NCBI GenBank assembly: GCA_044228505.1
Contig: JBGAUT010000033.1
Location: 646-64,645, forward strand
Direction: 5' to 3'
DNA: 64,000 nucleotides
Source: Polyangia bacterium
GTDB taxonomy: Bacteria; Myxococcota_A; Polyangia; Palsa-1104; JAEUJZ01
Shown here in pieces: positions 39,501 through 48,168 of this stretch (within the stretch, counting starts at the first letter, position 1; every line of letters begins with the position of its first letter). The notes beneath the pieces are model-generated. The model worked only from the letters and a program-made list of their open reading frames with translations, did no database searches and was not told the origin of the DNA. A program made the position numbers and the translations under genes.

Positions 39501-40456
39501 GCTTCGGTCCCGGCGGTCTGCACGAGGTTGCCGTTTGGCGAAGGGAGCGTCGTGCTCAGCTTCCACTTGAGGTTCTTTGGGTCGGGGGCCTGGTCGCGGG
39601 TCTTGCCAAACAAGCTGAAGTCGAGCGCCATCGCGTAGCGCAGCCCCAGAAACAGCGGCGGCATGCTCGCTTCCATCAGGACCACGCCGCCAATGTTTAC
39701 GCCGACGGCCTTGGTCGGGCTGGCCTCCATGCCCAGGCCAAATTTGATCGCCTTGGCCTTGCTGGCCCGCGACACCGGACCAAACACCATCGTGACTTGT
39801 GCGGACACAGACGGCGTCAGCACTCCTGGTGCGGCCAGCTTCTGGATGATGTTGTCCTTGGTCGGCAGCTCCGGGCCCGCGAAAAAGCCCCAGCCATCGC
39901 CGCAGACATACACGCCGATGCTGATGGGGATGACCAGCCTGATGGTGATTCCGAAGGTGATCACCGATCCGGCGGCACTGGCGGCGGACTGGAGCCCTCC
40001 GGCCACGGCCTCGGTGAGCAGGTACCCGGCGAGCTCCTGGGCGCGGGCGTCAATTGGCCCCAGCTCCGGCAGCGTTTCATAAAAGAAGCTGGCGAGCTGC
40101 TGGTAGACCCAGACCATCCCGGCCTCGACGGCGCTGCGGGCCACATTGAAGTTATTGACCGTGAAGCTGGCGACGTCTCCGGCGGCTTGCTCGGTCCAGG
40201 CCCGGACATCGGCAAACGAGGTCTTGCTCCAGCTAATGGCATCGCCGGTGGCGGTGATGCCCCACTTTTCGATCCCGGTGCCCGCAGTGACAACGCCATC
40301 GCCAATGAACGACGCGCCATCGACAATTCCATCGCCGACGATCTCGGCGACTGCCATCGCGTCGCGGGCGACTTTTTCCGCCTGATCTGCGACAGCATTG
40401 GCGGCATCGACAAAGGGATCGCCCCAGCTAGAGGGGTTGGTAATGCTAAAGCCCAT
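36509..40456 (-). CDS. 1315-aa multi-lectin protein (AbfB/CBM42-like, bulb-type, fascin-like, ricin-B, PLL-like 7-blade propeller)
   Basis: Ricin QxW-type repeats (HQKWTL, NQRFSL, NQRWKL); bulb lectin LRPGQFL..SPNGLFSLLL; seven W..LGG..P......RLDIFARG.D blades at the C-terminus. Confidence 0.75.
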   Translation of the reverse strand: MGFSITNPSSWGDPFVDAANAVADQAEKVARDAMAVAEIVGDGIVDGASFIGDGVVTAGTGIEKWGITATGDAISWSKTSFADVRAWTEQAAGDVASFTVNNFNVARSAVEAGMVWVYQQLASFFYETLPELGPIDARAQELAGYLLTEAVAGGLQSAASAAGSVITFGITIRLVIPISIGVYVCGDGWGFFAGPELPTKDNIIQKLAAPGVLTPSVSAQVTMVFGPVSRASKAKAIKFGLGMEASPTKAVGVNIGGVVLMEASMPPLFLGLRYAMALDFSLFGKTRDQAPDPKNLKWKLSTTLPSPNGNLVQTAGTEATNLTELGWNDVVGGLSVHATHFDAALRAQADPSSTDRIQATALAAASGPFKPRYYGTIRTAAGVALVGTSQGTMGLGTPGDRPTICIVSGLTDPTMVSLEVVGEPPLYVCADANGNIKLIPYDKNTDLRGTTFRMVRGLSGTGVSLAVASDPVANPRFVVATRVFGGIVSPTPILCATTVGGNLTESATAADATFLLDRPMTQPDSASSVLRPGQFLRAGESKRSPNGLFSLLLTPSGRLLMRRRGSGPLSSPTTWLAYDQPGVIQGDEANTYWMWGSPAPAAAAAYHATLTSDGRLAVRAGADPSQAGAILWQSDVYGSAGPCFLAVTNLGVAMLLRGTPEEPGEMVWSSPTGPIYWPVRRRQVVLRGVSGKFLQARNGGGLAALYGVAPAPAEPVTVTGASVGGWESFELQELCTGQIALRSQGRRFVSVDSSNTALQCLSSQVGPRELFTMQVEGDPAVLPQIIRLRSAISGASLSSLGISGGVPQSSIGGFKPPTTTLPIPGQPSLNLGALVNFCNLTVLEVEDDLTTLSGRQVFLVAKHSGHALEVPCGYTDNGRGLCQGSFIKADHQKWTLTHAGSGWFTLQNRQTNSAIDIAGGQTASGAIALQWPLHTGDNQRFSLVPTGDGYYVITAKHSGLALTIESASAASGARVLQMPYTGGDNQRWKLTLASPGQSSPWTALGGGLSSLPTIASFAPGRLDIFAKGLDDGSYQMWSDGTWHPWIAHGGVFLNDQVSLSPYPGRLDVLSRGRDNAIYQKWWDGSTSGGWVSLGGQSAGSPVLVSPRRGRWDIFILGTDKAIWHRYADNGWSGWISLGGGLLDPPAAVCRDTRYDLFARGLDQCLYQNTFTGGKWSGWQFLSGGLSGQPTAVTTEAGCLDVFARGTDTQLWTRSFRNNAWGGWTLLAGQGSANPGALGSDPVAISVGPSRIDVFALGSDRALWHRRKMGESWLPWERLGPMPMNCKPAVCSSRPGQIDLAIINADKALYYYRMNG

Positions 40457-40642
40457 CCGGGAACTCCTGTTTGTGGCAAGCAGCGGTCGCTGCGTGTCCG
40501 AAACGTGGCGGATGCAGGCTCTCAGTCACGCACAAGCAGACCCCCTGGAGTGGTGACCCAAGCCCTCCGCACAGAAGGTTATTTTGGCCTACCTCTCAGC
40601 CGTGCGCAGCACCATTTTGAAGCTGCGGTGGCGCTGGTGACG

Positions 40643-41060
40643 ACGGCCAGTGACCCACGCGGTCCCCACAAACGCTCGGATCCGGCGGCCACCGGCACCG
40701 AAATTCGACCAAAGAGCGCGGGACGAGCAGCCGCCCCCTGTTTGAACTTTCCATTCCCTCACGGAGAGCGCAGCCAACCTCCCTGGTTCGTTTTTGGCCC
40801 TGGGCTGGCGGAGCAGCCGCACCGCTTTTGCATCCAATTGTGTTGGCTGCCCCAACGGCCACCCGGTTTTTGCGCGTTTTTGCGCGGGCCACCGCAGCAG
40901 CCGGGCCCTTTTGAAACATTTTGCAGCGCCTGGCCGCGCAGCCGCCCCCTGTTTGAACTTTTTGTCCGGGCCAGGAAGCTGCCGGAGCACGCTGTGATTT
41001 TGCATTCGCGTGATCCAGCGGAGCAGCCACCCCCCCAAAACATTTCACAACCCCCCCGGC
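40643..41060. repeat. Non-coding degenerate tandem array with ~42-bp period
   Basis: RC(A/G/T)GCC hexamers at 40643, 40685, 40727, 40770, 40813, 40855, 40897, 40938, 40978 and 41023; exact 24-bp duplicate GCAGCCGCCCCCTGTTTGAACTTT at 40727-40750 and 40938-40961. Confidence 0.65.
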
Positions 41061-41163
41061 AGCGCTTCCCGCATGAATGGGGAGATTTTCGCGCTTTAGG
41101 GCCCAAAACCCCGCGCAGCCACCCCAACCCCTGGCCGTTCGGGCTGGGCTGCCGGGCTACGGA

Positions 41164-41703
41164 TTACGAAAGATTCGGACTTCGCGGCAGGTTCCGCACC
41201 GTGATGCCAAACCTGTTTTGAAGCTGGTCGCCATTACCGACCCAGGCATGGGCTTGATCCAGCCAGCGGATGCGACCCTTGAGCTGATCGGTCAACGAGA
41301 GCAGCGCAATCTGCGCACGATCTTTTGGCAAAAAAGAATGCTCGATCAGTGCCAAGACGCGGATCGACTGGCTACTATCAGCTAACTTTTGGGCATAACG
41401 CTCATAGCTGGAGATCTGTTTGCGGAAGTGGCCAGCGAGTAGTCCCGCCACGGTGGCAACGACCTTTTTGCCAATCGAGCGAGAGAGCTCGCCGCTCGTG
41501 ATCTTTTCGCGGTTTTGGCTGGAGTAGCCGCGAAAGTCTTTGACCTCGATGAGCAGGAGCTGATCTTGCGGACTGATGGCCACAAAGTCGACCGCTTCAT
41601 GCTCACCTAGATGCTGGGTGCGGAAGTTGTCTTCATCGTAGTGAAGCACTTCCCAGCCATCCGGAAATAGCAATTTCTGATCTTGCTCTTGGAAGGTCGG
41701 CAC
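41164..41703 (-). CDS. Small protein with PD-(D/E)xK nuclease-like motif
   Basis: AVDFVAISPQDQLLLIEVKDFRG (D-x11-E-x-K); 5 bp downstream of the ATPase gene. Confidence 0.65.
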   Translation of the reverse strand: MPTFQEQDQKLLFPDGWEVLHYDEDNFRTQHLGEHEAVDFVAISPQDQLLLIEVKDFRGYSSQNREKITSGELSRSIGKKVVATVAGLLAGHFRKQISSYERYAQKLADSSQSIRVLALIEHSFLPKDRAQIALLSLTDQLKGRIRWLDQAHAWVGNGDQLQNRFGITVRNLPRSPNLS

Positions 41704-41708
41704 GGCTG

Positions 41709-42381
41709 CTATTCCTGGTTGGCGGCAGATGTACCGGCAAACAGTCGGGCTTCGCGGTCGTAGTGGGCGGCGAACTCTTCGACGATTGGGTTGTGCTGAA
41801 GATCAGCCAATACCGCGCCGCTTTCGACCGTGACCGGATCGGTGCTCTGCTCTTTGTTCAAGCAGAAGAAGCGGACCAAATCACGATCGGCACCGTATTC
41901 GGACACCAGCGACAGCTCGCGGCACAGCAGATAGTCGTGGGTGGCAATGAATACTTGCACCCCGGCCTTGGCGAGCCCGATCAGAAAGTCCTTCATCACC
42001 ACGACCAGCTTCGGGTTCATGTTCGCCTCGGGCTCATCCCAAAACAAACAGCCGCCCGGCTCGATCGAGCCATTCGCAATCAACTGCAAAATCTGAGCAA
42101 ACTTCCGCAGCCCCTCGGCTTCCAAGTGGATGTCTAGCTCGCCATCGTCCCGCTCAATCACAAAGCCATTGCCCTTCAGGACGACCTGACCCCCAAGTAC
42201 AGCTTCCAGCGGCTTCGCCAGGTCTGCAAATATTGGTGGCACCTCACGCAGTAGTGGTCCCGAGAGCAATCTGCATAAATCATAATAAGTGCGATCAAAA
42301 GGAAGCCGATATTTGACGTACAGTTCGACAAATCCGGAATACATCGACAATACTTCGCGAGGAGGAATGTACAACGCCGGG
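41709..42381 (-). pseudogene. 3' part of IS-interrupted ABC/AAA (AAA_15/AAA_21-like) ATPase
   Basis: YIPPREVLS, signature-like EAEGLRK, Walker B LFWDEPE, H-loop IATHD. Confidence 0.88.
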
Positions 42382-43733
42382 GGTTCATCCGAGTATTCCG
42401 TGGGCAGCGGACAGAACTGTGGAAAGCGCGCTCATGTAGAGAAGTGATTTGATACGATATGGAGGCTCTGTAGTGTACGGGGATGCGCGATACGGAGCTG
42501 TACTTTCACTTGTTGGGACTGGTAAAGCCGTGGACGGTAGGGAACGTCGAGCTGTCGATTCCGAATCGGCGTGTCGATGTCGCGGTAGAGCATCCGGTGG
42601 GACTTTTGTGGCGCTGTCCGCAGTGTACCTTTGAGGGTTCTCTGTACGATCACAGCGACGAGCGGACATGGCGACATCTCGATAGCTGCCAGTTCCTAAC
42701 GTATCTGCGGGCACGGATTCCGCGCATCAAATGTCCGACGCACGGAGTACTCCAGGTGTCTGTCCCGTGGGCTGAACCGCACAGCCGATTCACACTCCTG
42801 TTTGAGCGGCTTGCCGTCGAGATCTTGCTGCAAAGCACGGTGCAAGGTGCGGCCCAGATCTTGGGACTGAGTTGGTTTGAGGTGATGCATTTGATGGAGC
42901 GAGCGGTGGCGCGAGGACAGAAAAAGGAGTCCGCTGCGCAGCTCCCAAAGACCATCGGTATCGACGAGAAATATACTCCTTGTGGCGTGCTGACGCTGGT
43001 CAACGACCTAGACACTCCGCGTGTGGCCAAGGTGCTGGTTGGAGTCAAGAAGGAGCCACTAAAGGAGTATCTTGGGAGCTTTCCGGAACCACAGAGGGAG
43101 TCCGTTCGCGCCGTCGCTCTCGACATGTGCGATACGTTCTATGCAGCCATCGCCGAGGTGATTCCGGAATCGTGGAACAAGATTGTCTACGACCGCTTTC
43201 ATGTCATGCAGCACGTCAGCAAAGCCGTCGAGAAAGTACGCAAACAGGAGCATGCATACTTGCTCCGCACAAGCGACCAGAGGCTAACAGGAACCCGCTT
43301 TCTGTGGAGCTACAGCGACGAAAATCTACCAGAACACAGGCGTGAGCAACTAGAGAAACTCAAAGCCGACAAGCTTGTGACTGGGCGGGCCTGGGCGCTC
43401 AAGGAATTCCTACGCACACTCTGGAATTGCCCCAGTCGCTCGACGGCAATAGAGGTCTGGAACAAGTGGTATTGCTGGGCGCAGCGCAGCCGTCTGGAAC
43501 CGATGAAAGATGTCGCACGACGACTCCGCGCACGGCTGTACAACATCCTCACCTTCATCGAGCACCGCATTACCAACGCCGCAAGTGAGGGCCTCAACAG
43601 CGCCATCTCCACACTCATCCGCCGCGCCTACGGATACCGCAACCTGCAAAACCAAATTACCGCCATTTACTTCTACCATGGCGGCCTCAACCTTTTGCCG
43701 GAGCCAGTGACCCACGGAGAACTGGGATGAACC
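42382..43733 (+). mobile_element. ISL3-family insertion sequence, 1,352 bp
   Basis: Left IR GGTTCATCCGAGTATTCCGTGGG (42382-42404) versus the reverse complement of the right end GGTTCATCCCAGTTCTCCGTGGG (43711-43733): 20/23 identical; 8-bp TSD ACGCCGGG at 42374-42381 and 43734-43741. Confidence 0.95.
42483..43730 (+). CDS. ISL3-family transposase
   Basis: Zn finger [38 protein letters not shown]. Confidence 0.95.
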   Translation: MRDTELYFHLLGLVKPWTVGNVELSIPNRRVDVAVEHPVGLLWRCPQCTFEGSLYDHSDERTWRHLDSCQFLTYLRARIPRIKCPTHGVLQVSVPWAEPHSRFTLLFERLAVEILLQSTVQGAAQILGLSWFEVMHLMERAVARGQKKESAAQLPKTIGIDEKYTPCGVLTLVNDLDTPRVAKVLVGVKKEPLKEYLGSFPEPQRESVRAVALDMCDTFYAAIAEVIPESWNKIVYDRFHVMQHVSKAVEKVRKQEHAYLLRTSDQRLTGTRFLWSYSDENLPEHRREQLEKLKADKLVTGRAWALKEFLRTLWNCPSRSTAIEVWNKWYCWAQRSRLEPMKDVARRLRARLYNILTFIEHRITNAASEGLNSAISTLIRRAYGYRNLQNQITAIYFYHGGLNLLPEPVTHGELG

Positions 43734-44205
43734 ACGCCGGGCCAGTGAGTTGTTCTTTTTGGGGAATGTTTGATAATGAAGTTGTTAGGTCAGTCAGCGC
43801 TAGGGTAAATGGAAATATGGCAGAGCGTAGAAATATGGATAGCAATGTGTCTGAATTTTCATTGGTTGATTTTCTGCGACTCCGTTTTTTGAAAGAACTG
43901 TAGTCGACTGTAAAGGTTGTGCTGAATACGCCAGACAAAAATGCGAGTATTGCGATAGTTTCTGGAGGGATGGATGGAGATGATTTGTGGACCTCTTTGG
44001 CTCGGCTCAGCAAAGATTGGCCGTGCCCATAGTCGATATCCAAATGGGCTCGGCGGCAGCCTTCGGTGAGTCCGTAGAGGGCTTTGAGGACGTGGGTCTT
44101 GCCGGTGCCGTTTTTGCCGATGAGGACGTTTACGCCGGGGCTGAAGGTGAACTCGGCGTGGTCAAAGACGGTGAAGTTCTCGAAGCGGGCGCTGCGGATG
44201 GACAT
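43734..44205 (-). pseudogene. 5' part of IS-interrupted ABC/AAA ATPase
   Basis: [35 protein letters not shown] (Walker A); rejoins 42373 in frame (..QLTGPA-LYIPPRE..). Confidence 0.88.
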
Positions 44206-44305
44206 GGGAACCTGGACCACCTGGGGAAAGTGGTTGGCATCGTGACCAGGGCGGTTGATGGTGTCAAGAACTGCGCCGGGCAGGTGGGCGGCTTGGGCAG
44301 CCGGG

Positions 44306-44935
44306 TTACTCCAGGGCGCGGAGGCGGGCTAGGTCGGCGGCGGAGGAGAGCTGGACGTCGAGGTCGCGGATTCGGCCATCGCTGAGGTCGTAGATCCAGC
44401 CGTGAACGGTGACGGGCTGGTTGCGGGCCCAGGCGGCTTCAAGGACGGTGGTCTCGGCGACGTTTAAGACTTGGTCGATGACGTTTAGCTCGCACAGGCG
44501 GGCGGCGCGGGCGTCGTCGTTTGGGAGCGCGCTGAGCTCGTGCTTGTGGTGGCGGGCAATGTCTTGGATGTGCCGGAGCCAGTTTTCGATGAGCCCGAGC
44601 GGCTTGGCATCGAGGGCGGCGCGCACCCCACCGCAGCCGTAGTGGCCGCAGACGATGATGTTGCGGATTTCCAGAACCTCGACGGCGTACTGAAGCACCG
44701 ACAGCATGTTGAGGTCGGTGTGGATGACCAAGTTGGCGACGTTGCGGTGGACGAACACGTCCCCTGGGGATAGGCCGGTGATTTGGTTGGCGGGAACGCG
44801 GCTGTCGGCGCAGCCAATCCACAGGTAGTGCGGTGACTGCTGGTGTGCGAGGCGGTCGAAGCACTCGGGATCACGCTCGACCATTTCTTTGGCCCATTGC
44901 TGATTCTGATCGAGCAAGTGCTGTAGCGAAGACAT
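44306..44935 (-). CDS. can: Beta-class carbonic anhydrase
   Basis: [34 protein letters not shown]. Confidence 0.95.
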   Translation of the reverse strand: MSSLQHLLDQNQQWAKEMVERDPECFDRLAHQQSPHYLWIGCADSRVPANQITGLSPGDVFVHRNVANLVIHTDLNMLSVLQYAVEVLEIRNIIVCGHYGCGGVRAALDAKPLGLIENWLRHIQDIARHHKHELSALPNDDARAARLCELNVIDQVLNVAETTVLEAAWARNQPVTVHGWIYDLSDGRIRDLDVQLSSAADLARLRALE

Positions 44936-45080
44936 GGTGTCCACCCCCCATCACAGAGCATAGCCAATGCGGCGGCTCACCGGGACGGCGGCGGATAGAG
45001 ACCAGAAACGATGAAGGAAACCGATTCCGGCGCGGCTGGGGCCTATTTTTCAGCCGGGCGGAGCCTGGTTTCGGTCCAGG

Positions 45081-46328
45081 TCAGAGCTGAAGCTGTCCTT
45101 GCAAGGTGAGTCCGTGCGAGGCGGTGGAGGGCACGGTGGCATCGCTGCTGCTGGTGTTGCCGTAGGCGTAGCGAAGCAGCAGCTTGAGATGGTTGCCGCG
45201 AGCGTAATAGACGAGCAGGGCTTCGGCCTGGGACTTGATGACGGCGTTCGTCTGGACATTGGCGTCGATGACATCGCCCCGGGCGGCGAGCTGTAGGTAG
45301 CGCCGATAGACAAAACAACCACCGTGGAGGTAGCCGCCAGCCGCCCACACCGTGGTGCCGCCGGAGAGCTGTTGCCAGCGGGCGTAGCCTTCGCTCTGAA
45401 GCACGCACGCGCCTCGGCTGAGGGCTAGGTCGAGACCGACGGTGGCATAGGGGGCAATCTCGGCCTGCGCGGTCGGCAGCGCTCCGGCATCGAGCGGCAG
45501 GTCATGCCGTCCATAGGTCCCGTTGATGCCGATGGAAAACTGCGGCTGCGTATCGTCGAACTGCGGCGTCTCGGTGTAGACCGGCTTGCCGCGCAGGTTG
45601 GCCGCGAGCCGGGCAATCGCCATGATTCGTCCGCCGCCAGGGACTTGATTGATGCCGTTGCCGTTAAAGACGCCCGCGTAGTACTCCAGGTGGCCGTCGG
45701 CTGGCATGCCGAACACCATCGCTCCGAGATCGCGGTTGTCGCGGAAGAACACGTTCGAGGGCGCAAAGTCGGGGAACAGCAGCCGGAACGGCGGCACCAG
45801 AAACTCACGGGAAAACGGCGTGAGAAACTGCCCGACCCGTACCCCAATGGCGGGATGGGGCTGAATCGTGATCTCGGCATCGAGCAGGGTGGCGCTCCGA
45901 CCGGCCAGCTCGGGCTGGACAAAGTACTGAATCCACGGACGCAGTAGCTTTCCGCGCAGCACCGGTCGCGCCATGGCCACCTTAAATTCCGGGACTCGGA
46001 CGGTGTCGGCGATGACCTCATCGAGGCGAATCTGCGTAAAGAAGTGCAGCTCGGCCGAAAAAGATGCATCAGCCGTAGAGACGCCGACGCCCCGATCCAA
46101 AGAGGCAAAAAAGATCGGACCGCTTGCGTCCGGTGGCGGCGGAGCGGGCGGAGGTGCGGGCGGTGTGGGGACCACGGGAGTCGGCGGTGGGGCAGGTGTC
46201 TGCTCCGGTTGCGGACTCGCGGGATCGGATGCCGAAACCGGGACAGTTGCCGTGGACGGACTCTGCGCCGGCAGGTCCGTCACCGCAGCCTGCGTGAGTA
46301 GAGACAGACAGATTAGGCTCGACAGCAT
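45081..46328 (-). CDS. Outer-membrane porin (phosphate-selective porin O/P-like)
   Basis: Signal peptide, Pro-rich linker, RVGQFLTPFSRE, RDLGAM, YAGVFNGNG, terminal beta strand LTLQGQLQL. Confidence 0.75.
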   Translation of the reverse strand: MLSSLICLSLLTQAAVTDLPAQSPSTATVPVSASDPASPQPEQTPAPPPTPVVPTPPAPPPAPPPPDASGPIFFASLDRGVGVSTADASFSAELHFFTQIRLDEVIADTVRVPEFKVAMARPVLRGKLLRPWIQYFVQPELAGRSATLLDAEITIQPHPAIGVRVGQFLTPFSREFLVPPFRLLFPDFAPSNVFFRDNRDLGAMVFGMPADGHLEYYAGVFNGNGINQVPGGGRIMAIARLAANLRGKPVYTETPQFDDTQPQFSIGINGTYGRHDLPLDAGALPTAQAEIAPYATVGLDLALSRGACVLQSEGYARWQQLSGGTTVWAAGGYLHGGCFVYRRYLQLAARGDVIDANVQTNAVIKSQAEALLVYYARGNHLKLLLRYAYGNTSSSDATVPSTASHGLTLQGQLQL

Positions 46329-46348
46329 GGAGTGCCCCGATGCCTGCG

Positions 46349-47965
46349 CTAGTGGGTGGAAGGGCTGACGGTCATGGGTTTGCGGCGGGCCGCTAACTCG
46401 TGGGAGGCGAGCGGAGTGTGATCGTGAAGGCCAATGATCTGCAGCGTGCGTCCCTCGCGCCGCCAGTCATCGGCCATGTGGCGTAGCTTTTCAATCACGG
46501 TGTGATCGACAAGTCGAGTCGCGTTTAGGTCCAGCAGCAGCTTGGTGATGCTGGTCGGAATCGAGTCGAGCCGTCGCTTGAGAGACAGGTAGTTACTAAA
46601 CACCGCCGCATCGTACACTCTGAGCCGCAGCGTGGTGTCGTCGAGTTCTTCTTGTTCGATGCGGCTTGCAAACAGGCCCCGCAGGGGCGCGCCGTGACGC
46701 AGGTGGAGCAGCATCTTGAGCACCACACCGGCCCCGACTCCGATCAGCAGATCGGTTGCCAGCGTGACCAGCAGGGTGGTCACAAACAGCAGGAGCTGCT
46801 CATGGCCGATGCGGAACACGCGCACAAACTCGGCAGGGGAGGCCAGCCGAATGCCAGTGTAGATGAGCATGGCCCCGAGCGCGGCCAAGGGGATTTTCTG
46901 AAGCAGACCGGGAAGCAGTGCCACCATCAGGAGCAAAAACAGGCCGTGGAAGAAGTTGGCGTAGCGGCTTTTGGCTCCGTTATTGATGTTGGCCGAGCTG
47001 CGGACAATCTCGGAGATCATTGGCAAGCCGCCGAGCAGACCGGCGACCACGTTGCCGACGCCGGTGGCAAACAGATCGCGGTTTAGGTCGCTGTGGCGAT
47101 GCTGGGGATCGAGCGCATCGACGGCCTTGGCGCTGAGCAGTGACTCGAGCGAACCGACCAAGGTGAACATCACGATGTACTTGATGGAAATCCAACTGAG
47201 CAGGTGCGAAAAGTCGGGCCACGAGTGGGACTGAGCGAGGCTGCCGGGAAGCTGAACCAGATACTGCGGACCGACCTTGTAGTGATGCAGATGGAAGTCA
47301 TAGGTGTGCTCGTGGCTTAGATCGAGGAACATGCCGAGCGGCACGGTGATGAGCAACACCACCATCGGTGCGGGAACTTTCTTGGCCCAGGAAAACGGGA
47401 GCTTGGGAATCCCAAACAGGAGCACCAGGCTGAGGATGCCGATGAGGGCGACCTCGGGGTTCATGTTGGCCAGGCTGTGCGGAATTTCAGCGAGGAGTTT
47501 GAGCGGCTCGCGGGCACTCGGAGCTACGCCAAGCGCCGTGTGAGTCTGTTTGGAAACGATGATGACGCCAATGGCGGCGAGCATTCCGTGCACGACCGCC
47601 GAGGGAAAAAAGTCGCCAAGCTCTCCGGCACGCAGACGGGACAACAGAACTTGCAGGACTCCGGCGATGACGACCACGGCGATGGTGCGGTGATAGCCAG
47701 CAACGGCGTCACCCGCGCCGAGCTCTTGGACGGCCCCAAGCGCGATGACGATCAGACCGGCGGCGGGGCCCTTGATCGTAAGTTCCGCGCTGCCGACAAA
47801 CGTGGCAATCAGGCCTCCGACCACCGCAGTGACAACACCGGTGACCGGGGGGAAGTTGCTGGCCATCGCGATTCCCAGACACAGCGGGAGGGCGATGAGA
47901 AACACGAGAAAGCCAGACACAAGGTCGGCCTTCAAATCTGGTGTGTAGGTAGCTTGGCGGCTCAT
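46349..47965 (-). CDS. SulP-family anion (bicarbonate/sulfate) transporter with STAS-like tail
   Basis: DLVSGFLVFLIALPLCLGIAMAS, GPAAGL, GMLAAIG, GLPMISEIVRSSAN. Confidence 0.92.
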   Translation of the reverse strand: MSRQATYTPDLKADLVSGFLVFLIALPLCLGIAMASNFPPVTGVVTAVVGGLIATFVGSAELTIKGPAAGLIVIALGAVQELGAGDAVAGYHRTIAVVVIAGVLQVLLSRLRAGELGDFFPSAVVHGMLAAIGVIIVSKQTHTALGVAPSAREPLKLLAEIPHSLANMNPEVALIGILSLVLLFGIPKLPFSWAKKVPAPMVVLLITVPLGMFLDLSHEHTYDFHLHHYKVGPQYLVQLPGSLAQSHSWPDFSHLLSWISIKYIVMFTLVGSLESLLSAKAVDALDPQHRHSDLNRDLFATGVGNVVAGLLGGLPMISEIVRSSANINNGAKSRYANFFHGLFLLLMVALLPGLLQKIPLAALGAMLIYTGIRLASPAEFVRVFRIGHEQLLLFVTTLLVTLATDLLIGVGAGVVLKMLLHLRHGAPLRGLFASRIEQEELDDTTLRLRVYDAAVFSNYLSLKRRLDSIPTSITKLLLDLNATRLVDHTVIEKLRHMADDWRREGRTLQIIGLHDHTPLASHELAARRKPMTVSPSTH

Positions 47966-48168
47966 GGCAGCATCCTCCGGTGCGAAGACGTCGTTCTTGC
48001 CGGGATGACATTGCCAGCGCTGTGCCAGGGCCGAGGATGCACGCCGTTCGCGCATCGCCGTCGAACACACCGCATCTGGGGGCGTGGTTGTGCAATCGGA
48101 CGGATCCGGTGCCGTTAAGAAATCGAACGGCGGTCGGTCCAGATGGTCGATTCTGTAACGTCGGCGAT

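Noticed and set aside
40646-40659. 14-bp match GCCAGTGACCCACG to the IS right end (43703-43716)
   Set aside because: It does not include the terminal IR bases or a TSD, and several 14-bp matches are expected by chance in a 64-kb GC-rich window.
40643-41060. CRISPR array interpretation of the periodic region
   Set aside because: The conserved part is about 6 bp (24 bp in only two units), the period of ~42 bp is too short for repeat plus spacer, and there are no cas genes in the window.
40589-41127. ORFs of 122-150 aa across the periodic region
   Set aside because: Low-complexity translations with no RBS or motif; repeat spacings are not multiples of three.
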